From a virus (taxonomy: Duplodnaviria > Caudoviricetes): DNA of 50,989 nucleotides. The notes under the pieces were generated by a model. That model worked only from the letters and a program-made list of their open reading frames with translations. It did no database searches and was not told where the DNA came from. Position numbers and translations under genes: made by a program. Below, piece by piece: positions 24,281 to 32,133 of the stretch (within the stretch, counting starts at the first letter, position 1; the number at the start of each line of letters is the position of its first letter). The DNA lies in the IMG/VR virus record IMGVR_UViG_3300006755_000004, positions 1 to 50,989 of that record; one strand, given 5' to 3'.

Positions 24281-24399
24281 CCCGTTTCCACAGAATTGTT
24301 GAAACGGATTTGCCGGCCTCCTGCAGGCTCCAGAGGGGCGTGTGGGCTTTAACCTACAGGCCGCATCTCCACAAGCCGGCAGACAGCCGCCTACACATG

Positions 24400-24440
24400 C
24401 AGGAGCCCCGCCTCCTCCGGTTGGAGGGGCGGGGCTCCTG
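24400..24440 (-). terminator. hairpin terminator
   Basis: CAGGAGCCCCGCC...GGCGGGGCTCCTG. Confidence 0.65.
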
Positions 24441-24446
24441 GCCCTG

Positions 24447-24719
24447 TCAGACCTCGCCGTCGAACTCGACCAGGTGCGCGTAGTCCAGGTCCATCTGGTC
24501 GGGGTCCTGGCTCTCGACCTCGATCATCCGGTAGCCGACCGGGTTGACGTCGTCCATCGCGGCCCAGTAGGCGTAGGCGACCGGGTCGCCCTCCAGCACC
24601 TCGACGACCTCGTGCCACGGGCCACGGATCCGGCCGGTCGCCTCGACCGTGCCGTGGACCTCCATCGTCGCGCGGATCCGGTTGAGCAGGTCCTCGTTGG
24701 TGTTCTCGGCGTCGAACAT
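24447..24719 (-). CDS. hypothetical protein, cassette gene
   Basis: MFDAENTNEDLL...; CCCCAAGGAGG RBS. Confidence 0.72.
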   Translation of the reverse strand: MFDAENTNEDLLNRIRATMEVHGTVEATGRIRGPWHEVVEVLEGDPVAYAYWAAMDDVNPVGYRMIEVESQDPDQMDLDYAHLVEFDGEV

Positions 24720-24755
24720 CTCGGCCTCCTTGGGGCTCTCTTGCTTACGAGAGTA

Positions 24756-24784
24756 ACTATACTCCATTCGGGGTGGAGGCGCTA
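24756..24784 (-). promoter_or_regulatory. repeated early promoter (TAGCGC-17-TATAGT) embedded in a long inverted repeat
   Basis: TTCGGGGTGGAGG-cgctac-CCTCCACCCCGAA; the hairpin could also terminate the upstream gene. Confidence 0.7.
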
Positions 24785-24808
24785 CCCTCCACCCCGAACT
24801 AGTTGCTG

Positions 24809-25057
24809 CTACTTGGAGTCGGGCTGGAAGGTCTCGCCGACCCAGTAGCCGGTGCCCACCGCGCCCCAGCTGACCGACTGGTAGCCCTCGGCCTTCATCT
24901 TGTCGGAGAGCTTGACCAGAGCGTCCTGGCCGTTGCGGACCTTGAAGGACTCCAGGGTCTTGCGGTCCTCGCCGTAGCCGGTCTTGATCAGGACCTGCGC
25001 CCAGCCGTTGCCCAGGCTGCGGAACTCGATGCGCTTCTGGATCAGGGTCTCGGCCAT
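24809..25057 (-). CDS. hypothetical protein, cassette gene
   Basis: GAAGCCCCAAGGAGG RBS. Confidence 0.72.
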   Translation of the reverse strand: MAETLIQKRIEFRSLGNGWAQVLIKTGYGEDRKTLESFKVRNGQDALVKLSDKMKAEGYQSVSWGAVGTGYWVGETFQPDSK

Positions 25058-25105
25058 GGTTGCCTCCTTGGGGCTTCGGGCGGCTCGTCCGCCCTCATGA
25101 GTAGA

Positions 25106-25134
25106 ACTTTACTCCATCTGCACATGGCTGGCTA
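25106..25134 (-). promoter_or_regulatory. repeated early promoter (TAGCCA-17-TAAAGT)
   Basis: Spacer GCCATGTGCAGATGGAG. Confidence 0.68.
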
Positions 25135-25202
25135 CTCGTTTGTGCACTTTTCTTGAAGATTCTTTTGGAGATCTGCCGGCTTGGATTTTGGGCATCAAAC
25201 CA

Positions 25203-25231
25203 AGTCTACTCCATCTCCACACGAATGGAAA
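25203..25231 (-). promoter_or_regulatory. repeated early promoter (TTTCCA-17-TAGACT), tandem upstream copy
   Basis: Spacer ends GTGGAGATGGAG. Confidence 0.62.
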
Positions 25232-25263
25232 CCCCCTTGGCACATCTCTTTGAAATGCCGGCA

Positions 25264-25288
25264 CGCCCCGGTCGCGAGGACCGGGGCG
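25264..25288 (-). terminator. hairpin terminator
   Basis: CGCCCCGGTC...GACCGGGGCG. Confidence 0.55.
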
Positions 25289-25301
25289 CACGGGGCGGCG
25301 A

Positions 25302-25520
25302 CTAGCAGCCGGGGCAGCCGGGGTGGGTGAAGCAGGCGGTCCGGCGGCAGGGCATCGAGTGCGGGTGCGCCATCTCGCCGCAGTCGATGCAGACGTGGGA
25401 CAGGCAGAACTTGCCGGCAGGCAGCAGGACGCAGTCGGCGCAGCCGTAGGTAGCGAGCGCCGTAGCGGCCAGCAGGCGGACATAGAGGGCGGAGAGCGGG
25501 ACGAGGACGGGAGCGGACAC
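25302..25520 (-). CDS. small Cys/His-rich protein, cassette gene
   Basis: GTG start after CCCCAAGGAGG; CADC, CIDC, CPGC. Confidence 0.6.
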   Translation of the reverse strand: MSAPVLVPLSALYVRLLAATALATYGCADCVLLPAGKFCLSHVCIDCGEMAHPHSMPCRRTACFTHPGCPGC

Positions 25521-25551
25521 TTGGACCTCCTTGGGGTCGTTGACTAAGAGA

Positions 25552-25580
25552 ACTCTACTCCAGATGCCGGCAGAAAGCAA
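25552..25580 (-). promoter_or_regulatory. repeated early promoter (TTGCTT-17-TAGAGT)
   Basis: Spacer ends ATCTGGAG and contains TGCCGGCA. Confidence 0.68.
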
Positions 25581-25594
25581 GTCTGGATATGGGG

Positions 25595-25623
25595 TTGCTT
25601 TCCATGTGCACATGGGGTATAGT
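25595..25623 (+). promoter_or_regulatory. repeated early promoter, rightward (TTGCTT-17-TATAGT)
   Basis: Back-to-back with 25552-25580; ATG begins 7 nt after the -10 box. Confidence 0.7.
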
Positions 25624-25629
25624 TCTCTC

Positions 25630-25782
25630 ATGGACAACGAGCAGAACGCGAACCCGGACCAGCCGACCGACGCTGAGATCCTCTGGAAGATCCAGCAGGC
25701 GACCGAGAGGCGACAGGCCCAGCTGGACGAGCTGGAGATCCTCTCTCGCCACCTGCACGACCCGGACAACAACCCGCTGTAG
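25630..25782 (+). CDS. 50-aa hypothetical protein, probably leaderless
   Basis: MDNEQNANPDQ...; followed by a hairpin at 25792-25829. Confidence 0.6.
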   Translation: MDNEQNANPDQPTDAEILWKIQQATERRQAQLDELEILSRHLHDPDNNPL

Positions 25783-25791
25783 CGAATGCGA

Positions 25792-25829
25792 CAGAGGCCC
25801 GGCTCCCTGGTGTGGAGTCGGGCCTCTGC
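25792..25829. terminator. hairpin between convergent genes
   Basis: CAGAGGCCCGGCTCC...GGAGTCGGGCCTCTG. Confidence 0.6.
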
Positions 25830-25923
25830 ACATGCCGGCCTCATGGCTGGGCTTTAACGGATGCTGGACATGTGCATCTCTCGCCTACGGAGCGCCTACA
25901 GCCTCTGCAGTTGGCTATGGTCG

Positions 25924-26517
25924 CTACTCAGCAATGTGCACATCCTCTTCCGTCACGTGGCCGTCCGTGATGCTGAACGAGCGCACGCTGTCGTCGAGCG
26001 TGGACACGATCACATGGTGCACACCCAGGGGCGTCGCATAGGCCGTGTCCACTCCGCTGGGGTACGCCTCGGTTGCCGTATGTGAGTGCCACACCGCCAC
26101 GACCTCCTCGCCACGCACGTCCAGCCCCTTGTGCAGTCTGATCAGCTCCTCGGGGTCGAACTCGAAGAACCGGTCGGACTGCGCCGCGTTGATCATCGCG
26201 ATGATGCGCGTCGGCCTGTTGGCTCCGACCGGGGCCGTCAGGACGCCGCACGCTTCCAGCGGTGCCTCTCCTTGTGCGAAGGCGACCATGTCGTCTCGCA
26301 CCTTCTGTGGCAGGACCAGGGTCACTGCGTCTCCTCTGTAGTCGGACAAGTCGCGGAGGACGTCCATCGTCCCGCGCTTCCGCTTCACCTCCCGCTCGGG
26401 TATCCGCCATGCGGGCTCGCAAACCCCAGCCAGTACGACGGGCGCGGCCGGTTGCCGGCAAGCCGCTGCCTCAGGGCTCGGGCAGTCCCATGGGCACCAT
26501 GCACACTGCGCGGTCAC
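25924..26517 (-). CDS. JAB/MPN (Mov34) metallopeptidase, Mec+/CysO-cysteine peptidase-like; alternative start GTG 26325
   Basis: EACGVL...WHSHTATEAYPSGVD JAMM motif (E-HxH-S-D); similar from memory to actinobacterial Mec+. Confidence 0.85.
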   Translation of the reverse strand: MTAQCAWCPWDCPSPEAAACRQPAAPVVLAGVCEPAWRIPEREVKRKRGTMDVLRDLSDYRGDAVTLVLPQKVRDDMVAFAQGEAPLEACGVLTAPVGANRPTRIIAMINAAQSDRFFEFDPEELIRLHKGLDVRGEEVVAVWHSHTATEAYPSGVDTAYATPLGVHHVIVSTLDDSVRSFSITDGHVTEEDVHIAE

Positions 26518-26753
26518 TCGATGTCGCTGAGCACGTCGACGATGTCGCTGAGCCTGTCGTAAGCGATGTCGAGAAGGTCGTGGTCCTTCTCCTCGAACGA
26601 CCCCGCATGCACAGCCCCGTCTCCGTATCGAGCTGCGAACAAGCCTTCGAGCATCTTGTCCATGGCTCGAACGAAATCGGCCTGCTTCATGTTCGCGTCG
26701 ATCGGGATGTCGCGCGCTTCCACGTACATACTTGCTGTCATGCTGATCTTCAT
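26514..26753 (-). CDS. hypothetical protein
   Basis: MKISMTASMYVEA...; directly after the primase stop. Confidence 0.65.
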   Translation of the reverse strand: MKISMTASMYVEARDIPIDANMKQADFVRAMDKMLEGLFAARYGDGAVHAGSFEEKDHDLLDIAYDRLSDIVDVLSDIE

Positions 26754-26757
26754 GTTC

Positions 26758-29538
26758 CTACTGTCCATTCAGAGTGAACTTGCCAGCCTGGGTGTCGACC
26801 AGCAGCGCGATGCCCAGCAGCACCTTGCGCTTGCTCGCGTCGTCGTTGCCCAGCTTCTTGGTGCCCATCTTGAAGCCCAACTCCTCCAGTCGGGCGTAGA
26901 ACGCCGTGAGCCCCGGCGTGTCGCGAGAGCGTTCGGCCTTGGCCCATGCCTGCATGTGCGTGAAGAGGTCTCGCCTCTGCGGCGTGTACGCATCCTCACC
27001 AACGACGATGTCGCCGTCGTCCACGGCAGACGAGAGCCACATCTGCACTACGTCGGCGTCGGACCGGTACGCCATGGACGCCGTCACGACCTCCTGAGGC
27101 GGAACGAGCCCCTCCTCGCGATACAGGCGGAGCCCCTCGACGATCCAGGCCAGGACGCCCTCGACTTCGCCAGGGAACCCACCATCGCCCAGGATCTTGT
27201 CCGACAGCTTCTCGTCACGGTCGGGATGGCCCTTGGGGAACGCCACGCCCCACGGGACGACCTGGATGCGGTTCCAGATGGCCTCGTCCTCGGCGTTGAT
27301 GCGGCTGAGGTGGTTCGTGGCCACGAGCACGAGGCACTCGGGCTGCCAGCGGGTGTTGCCCTCTCGACTGTAGTTGCCTCGCGTGGAGACGCCGTCGCCG
27401 CCCGTGAGCTGCTTGACGAAGCGCTCGTCCAGGGGCTCGTTGGGTGCGAGCTCGCTGGACACAACGAAGCGCTTGCCCCGGATGGCGTCACGATCAGGGT
27501 CGCGACCGCCCGTGTCGAATCGGCGCTTGCTGAGCGCTCCCTCTGCCAGAGTGGCCGAGTAGGTGTTGCCCAGGACACGCTCGATCACCTTGAGGAAGAT
27601 CGACTTGCCCGTGTCGCCGAGACGGCTGTACATGAAGGCGATCAGCTTCTGGTCGCCGTCGCCCGACATGGCGTATCCGGCCAGCTTCTGCAGGTACTTG
27701 CGCGTCTCCGGATTGGGCTGGTTGGTCTCAAGGTAGCCGGTCCAGATCGGTGCCTTGGCCGTCGGAATGTAGCGCACATTGGCGATGCGCGTGTTCATAT
27801 CCTCCAGCTTGTGCGGACCCAGCTTGAGCGTGTGCGTGTCGATCTCGCCGTTGAGGACGCAGAAGGTGCCGCGCACGTTGTCGAACTGCTCGTCCGTGAC
27901 CGAGATGCCGGGCTTGCGTTCCAGCTGCTTGACGGCCTCACGCATGCGCGCGCCATCCTTGCACTTCTCGATCCACTGGAGCGTCTTCTGGAAGATGTTG
28001 TCGCTCTGCTCCCACGCCAGACGCTCACCCAGGAACTCAGCCTGCGCCTGTCCCTTGGCCGCGTAGGCAGCCACCTGGGCCGGGGCCTGAGCCAGCGCCC
28101 CGTAGCGCCCGAAGAGGGCCTTGTAGGGCTTCCCTGAGGACGCGCTGACGACGTCCCAGTCGCTCGGGAACGCGGGGCAGTCCTGATCCTCGTAGTCGAA
28201 GATCTCCACGGCCTCCATGTAGCTCGTCAGGTCCGCGCTGGCAGCGTTGACCGTCTGCCCCGTGTCCGGCCCCCAGTGCGTTCCGGTCCACATCCTCCAT
28301 CCTGTCGAGGACGCCGTGTCGACCTTGCGGAACACCTTGCCGTACAGGTCGAACATCCGGTCGCCGTTGCCCTTGTCGTTGGGCTCGTTGTTGGTGGTCG
28401 TGCCGATGTGGCCCTTGAACGCGTCGTGGAACGCGGGCCACTCGTGCGCCTCGACGTGCTTGCTGTGGTCGGCCTGTAGCTTGACCTTGCGAGTCGCCTT
28501 GGCCGGTCCGTCGAACAGGTCCGACATCTGCAAGCCAAGGAACGTGACGATCTTCGTCAGCTCGTCAACGTCGTCCGTCTCCTCGGGGCGCGACTCGCAT
28601 GTCATCACCACGCCCTTCTCGCCCTGCTCGAACTCGAAGCTGGGGTTGCGGTCGTCGTGCTCGGGGTGCGGGCAGTTGGTCTTGTACCGGGTCGGCCCGA
28701 TCTTCTCCAGGGAGTAGTCCTTGGCCTCCAGCGCCTTGATGAACTTGCGCATGGCCGAACCCTCGGGCAGGTCGCCGCTCTGGAGCGTCGCCCTGACGTT
28801 GCCGGCACGAGCCGTCTCTCGTGGTGCGCGCTCCTTGAGCGTGGCTGCGAGCACCTTGCGCATCTCGTCCGGAGGGAAGACCTTGCCACCCTTGGCGATC
28901 TGGTCGTAGGCGTCCTTGGCCCCCTTGCGGTTGGCCTCTCGCAGGATCATCGACACGCCGACCGACTTGAGCGCGCGGTACACCCTGATGGCTCGTGCAG
29001 AGCCGGGGAAGTCCTTGCGCTTCTTCGGGTCCTCGTGATTGAAGTCTGCGATGTGCTTGGGGTCCAGGTGGTCGCGGTCTACAACCAAGACGACCTTCCC
29101 CTGATAGCCACGGAAGTGCTCCGCCACCTCCAGATAGAAGTTCACACCGAGGTGCGAGGTCGTGGCGTACTGGTCGGCGTGCTCCCAGATAGCCTCCGCG
29201 TCCTTCTCGCCCTCCACAAGATAGATGTACGGCGCGTTGGTGCGGATGGCCTCCTGAATGCGCGGAGCGCCGTACAGGATGAACTTGTGCTGAGCGAACG
29301 ACTTGTTGTAGCAGTCGCAGTATCGGAACGTCTTGTCACCCTTGGGACCAGCGGAGTTGCCGTCCTCTGTGATGAGGATACGGAACCGGCTGAAGATGCG
29401 CGTGCCGTCGGCTGCGTAATAGGGGAACTGGTGGGTGACCTTTCCCCAGTCCTTGCGCGCGGTGTGCATGGTGCACTGGCACAGGTCCGTGGGCTTGGGA
29501 TCCGGCCTGTACTTCTCGCGCTGTGGCCGTGTGGCCAA
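26758..29538 (-). CDS. DNA primase-helicase (TOPRIM + Zn finger + D5_N/SF3 P4-type helicase)
   Basis: TTG start after AGGAGG; LVEGEKDA and VVDRD (TOPRIM), CPHPEHDDRNPSF (Zn finger), GDTGKS, SSEL, VKQLTGGD, ATNH (SF3). Confidence 0.88.
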   Translation of the reverse strand: MATRPQREKYRPDPKPTDLCQCTMHTARKDWGKVTHQFPYYAADGTRIFSRFRILITEDGNSAGPKGDKTFRYCDCYNKSFAQHKFILYGAPRIQEAIRTNAPYIYLVEGEKDAEAIWEHADQYATTSHLGVNFYLEVAEHFRGYQGKVVLVVDRDHLDPKHIADFNHEDPKKRKDFPGSARAIRVYRALKSVGVSMILREANRKGAKDAYDQIAKGGKVFPPDEMRKVLAATLKERAPRETARAGNVRATLQSGDLPEGSAMRKFIKALEAKDYSLEKIGPTRYKTNCPHPEHDDRNPSFEFEQGEKGVVMTCESRPEETDDVDELTKIVTFLGLQMSDLFDGPAKATRKVKLQADHSKHVEAHEWPAFHDAFKGHIGTTTNNEPNDKGNGDRMFDLYGKVFRKVDTASSTGWRMWTGTHWGPDTGQTVNAASADLTSYMEAVEIFDYEDQDCPAFPSDWDVVSASSGKPYKALFGRYGALAQAPAQVAAYAAKGQAQAEFLGERLAWEQSDNIFQKTLQWIEKCKDGARMREAVKQLERKPGISVTDEQFDNVRGTFCVLNGEIDTHTLKLGPHKLEDMNTRIANVRYIPTAKAPIWTGYLETNQPNPETRKYLQKLAGYAMSGDGDQKLIAFMYSRLGDTGKSIFLKVIERVLGNTYSATLAEGALSKRRFDTGGRDPDRDAIRGKRFVVSSELAPNEPLDERFVKQLTGGDGVSTRGNYSREGNTRWQPECLVLVATNHLSRINAEDEAIWNRIQVVPWGVAFPKGHPDRDEKLSDKILGDGGFPGEVEGVLAWIVEGLRLYREEGLVPPQEVVTASMAYRSDADVVQMWLSSAVDDGDIVVGEDAYTPQRRDLFTHMQAWAKAERSRDTPGLTAFYARLEELGFKMGTKKLGNDDASKRKVLLGIALLVDTQAGKFTLNGQ

Positions 29539-29590
29539 GGTACGCCTCCTGTCTAGCTTGTTTCTGGGTGCTGCGGGAGAAGCGTACGCG

Positions 29591-29935
29591 TCAGGCAATG
29601 TCGTCCTCGTCCTCCTCCAGGTAGCTCGCCGGGGTGGACGCGGGGAGCGAGGCTCGGAGCGCCTCTGCGTTGGTCTCGACGGCGTCGGCCGTGTAGTCCT
29701 CGCTGTCGAGGTCGGCGTCGTTGGTGGAGAACAGGAGCTCTGCCAGGTGCTGGCACTCGGCGGAGGTGAGGAGGTCACGACCCAGGAGGATCTGATTCTC
29801 GATGTGGGCGAGAGCGGACTGACGACGCCCCTCCAGCTCGACTTCGGGCTTGCCCTGGTTGACGCCACGCCCGATCATCGAGGCGGCGGATGTGATGCGC
29901 TTGTGGAGCTCTGGGGTGGCGGCCTTGATCGCCAT
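29591..29935 (-). CDS. hypothetical protein (114 aa)
   Basis: AAAGGA RBS; GGTATACT -10-like box at 29987-29992. Confidence 0.7.
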   Translation of the reverse strand: MAIKAATPELHKRITSAASMIGRGVNQGKPEVELEGRRQSALAHIENQILLGRDLLTSAECQHLAELLFSTNDADLDSEDYTADAVETNAEALRASLPASTPASYLEEDEDDIA

Positions 29936-29994
29936 ATCGTGTTCCTTTCGTGTTGCTGATCGACCTCGGACCGGGGCCGAGAATTCAGTATACC

Positions 29995-30500
29995 TTACCG
30001 TGCTTTGGGGCGCTCGGTTGCCGGCCGAGAGGGCTGAAATGTGGATGAGAAATGGGTGAGTTGGAGGGCCGGGGTGGGCCTAGGGTCGGAAAGGGTGGGA
30101 GGGGTCGGAGTTGATCGACCCCTGGGTCTACCTGCGGATTCAATGTGAAAATGGGGGTCGGGGGCGGAAATGGGCCCTTTCTCTCCCGGGAATAATCCGT
30201 TAGGTCGATAGGGCCTCGGTCCGATACCGAGAGAAAACTGTTGATTATCACCCCTTGAGCTACCTCCTCGCTCGGCTGGTTCTGCGTCTTAAAACCGACC
30301 CTTTCAACCCTAGGCTGATTGCTGAGAGATGAATGAGCAGGTAGAAGTGTGAATGGGTCGGGGTCGGAATTGGGAGGCAGAACGACCCTAGGGGTTGAAA
30401 ATTCCGACCCCTGGGTCGCCCCTGTGTCTGGAGCGTGTGTGGAGAGCGGTAAACGAGTCGCAGGAGGTAGGCTTGTACAGGTGGGCTATCAACGAGTCGA
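29995..30500. repeat. divergent non-coding junction with GACCC(C/T)-type repeats; candidate origin and/or genome end/pac region
   Basis: CGACCCCTGGGTC occurs twice; CCCTAGGG and TTTCAACCCTAGG/CCTAGGGGTTGAAA inverted elements; lower GC; lies between the primase operon and terS. Confidence 0.5.
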
Positions 30501-30512
30501 TATGGGGTGCAC

Positions 30513-31031
30513 ATGAGTAGGTTGCAGCGTAGGAAGGGAGCGGGGCGCGGCCCAGGACGACCCTCGGATATCACCAACGAGTTCAGGGACCAGGTCACCA
30601 CACGAGCGCTGGAGTTGCGACGTGAGTCGTACACATTGCGCGAGACGGTGGAGATCGTCAACGAGGAGTTCGGCGACAATCTGGCGTTCGAGACTGTGCG
30701 GCGGTGGATCCAGGACCGCATCAAGCCGGAGCTGGAGGAGAAGGCCGACGAGTATCGACAGCATTTGCTTGACCAGATTGCGCTCGCAAAGCGGGCTCTG
30801 GCTAAGCGGGTCGCGATGGGTGACGAGAAGGCCGTGGGTGCATGGACGCGACTCCTGGACCGCGAGATGCGGCTCACGGGTGTCGAGAAGCCCATCAAGG
30901 TGGACATGAACGTGAACAGTCGTGAGGGAGACGCCAATGAGGCGCAGCGACTGTTGGACTCGTTCTTCGGATCTGCCCCTGCCGGTGAGGGCCACGTAAT
31001 CCAGGGCGAGGTTGTGAAGCGAGAGCAGTGA
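30513..31031 (+). CDS. terS: putative terminase small subunit (HTH)
   Basis: RALELRRESYTLRETVEIV...ETVRRWI HTH, helical core, R..LTG.EKP; first gene of the structural arm. Confidence 0.6.
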   Translation: MSRLQRRKGAGRGPGRPSDITNEFRDQVTTRALELRRESYTLRETVEIVNEEFGDNLAFETVRRWIQDRIKPELEEKADEYRQHLLDQIALAKRALAKRVAMGDEKAVGAWTRLLDREMRLTGVEKPIKVDMNVNSREGDANEAQRLLDSFFGSAPAGEGHVIQGEVVKREQ

Positions 31032-31160
31032 GAATCACAGGATCGCCGTTTGCGGCCCTCTTACGGGTCGGGTGGGACCGGGGGCTCAGAGGCGGGTAGC
31101 GGCTCGCCTACGCCCCCAAAGAATCGGTTCTCGGGCCTGTTTCGCGGGTCGGGGTCGGAC

Positions 31161-31502
31161 ATGAGAGAGGGGCGCGGCGTGAGCGCGAGGTGTAAGGTGT
31201 GCAGGCGACACAGATGCGGGCGGTGCGGTTGGTCTGGACGTAGGAAGGTTGGCGTTCAGATTGGCTGCGCCCGCTGTGGCCACGGAACGACGGTGCATGC
31301 TGTGATGCATCGCACGGGGTTCTGCTCGCTGGCTGACTCGTCGACCAAGCACCGCAAGTACGAATGCAGATGGTGCGGCCGTGTTCGGCGTGACGACAGG
31401 ATGAGGCGCGTCAACCGGGGCATGGAGTGCAAGGACGTTCACTCGTGTGACCGGGCGCAGCGACAGTCTCGTGCTGGTGTCGCGTCGGGTGCGGAGGGCT
31501 GA
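31161..31502 (+). CDS. Cys-rich zinc-binding hypothetical protein
   Basis: Multiple CxxC motifs; TGATG coupling. Confidence 0.55.
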   Translation: MREGRGVSARCKVCRRHRCGRCGWSGRRKVGVQIGCARCGHGTTVHAVMHRTGFCSLADSSTKHRKYECRWCGRVRRDDRMRRVNRGMECKDVHSCDRAQRQSRAGVASGAEG

Positions 31503-31843
31503 TGGGGCGTGGACCTGATGTGTGCGGCTGGTGCTACCGCCACGTGTGTGCTCGGTGTGGATGGTACAAGGTGCTGAGCGCGACTGTGTCGGCTGAGGCC
31601 ACGTGCTATCGGTGCAAGACGAGCGATGCTGTGGTGATGCGCGAGGTTGCGCACTCGGGATGGAACGTGTGCCCGTTCGCGACACGGCTTGGCAACGAGG
31701 CTCCACGGGGCGTGTGCCAGTTCTGCGGGCGGGAGCGCGACATGCGGTTCCTTGTGGAGGCAGACGGTGAGCTGGAGTGCAAGTCTGGCCCGCGCTGCGC
31801 CACGTATCAGAGGCGACATGGACACAAGGAGGAGGCAGCCTGA
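31502..31843 (+). CDS. Cys-rich zinc-binding hypothetical protein, similar layout to the upstream gene
   Basis: CGWC..H.CARCGW...CYRC...CQFC...LECK. Confidence 0.6.
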   Translation: MGRGPDVCGWCYRHVCARCGWYKVLSATVSAEATCYRCKTSDAVVMREVAHSGWNVCPFATRLGNEAPRGVCQFCGRERDMRFLVEADGELECKSGPRCATYQRRHGHKEEAA

Positions 31844-32112
31844 TGGCTGGGGACAAGCTGGTGGTCGGACATCAGGAGTTCGTGCGCACTGTAGCCGGGG
31901 GACTGGCACAGGCGGACGACCACTCGTGCGAGCAGCAGACGAGGCCGGACTACAAGGCCATGGCCAAGGTGCTGTGGGCGTCTGGCTACCGGTTCGACAA
32001 GGAGGCCCGCGTGCAGTGGCTGGCAGTCGAGCTCAGGGGTCGGCTTGCCGGCAACGAGGAGATCGTGGGCATGGTCAACGAGCTGTTGACGCTGCTTGAG
32101 GTCGACGTATGA
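31843..32112 (+). CDS. hypothetical protein
   Basis: MAGDKLVV...; GGAGG RBS, TGATG coupling. Confidence 0.7.
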   Translation: MAGDKLVVGHQEFVRTVAGGLAQADDHSCEQQTRPDYKAMAKVLWASGYRFDKEARVQWLAVELRGRLAGNEEIVGMVNELLTLLEVDV

Positions 32113-32133
32113 TCTCCGGAGGAGGTGATCAGG

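Noticed and set aside
15475-25623. CRISPR array or integron attC array suggested by the recurring intergenic repeats
   Set aside because: The repeats are hundreds of bp apart and separated by genes. They are explained as hammerheads, RBS motifs and promoters. No cas or integrase gene is present.
872-28137. Many long plus-strand ORFs in the left arm (e.g. 1546-2985, 10505-11848, 26566-28137), and the equivalent minus-strand ORFs in the right arm
   Set aside because: They are antisense shadows of real genes, caused by high GC3 codon bias, and have no motifs or RBS.
29539-29868. N-terminal extension of the primase as given in the ORF track
   Set aside because: It overlaps the 29591-29935 gene and is low-complexity. 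A TTG with an AGGAGG RBS at 29538 is a better start.
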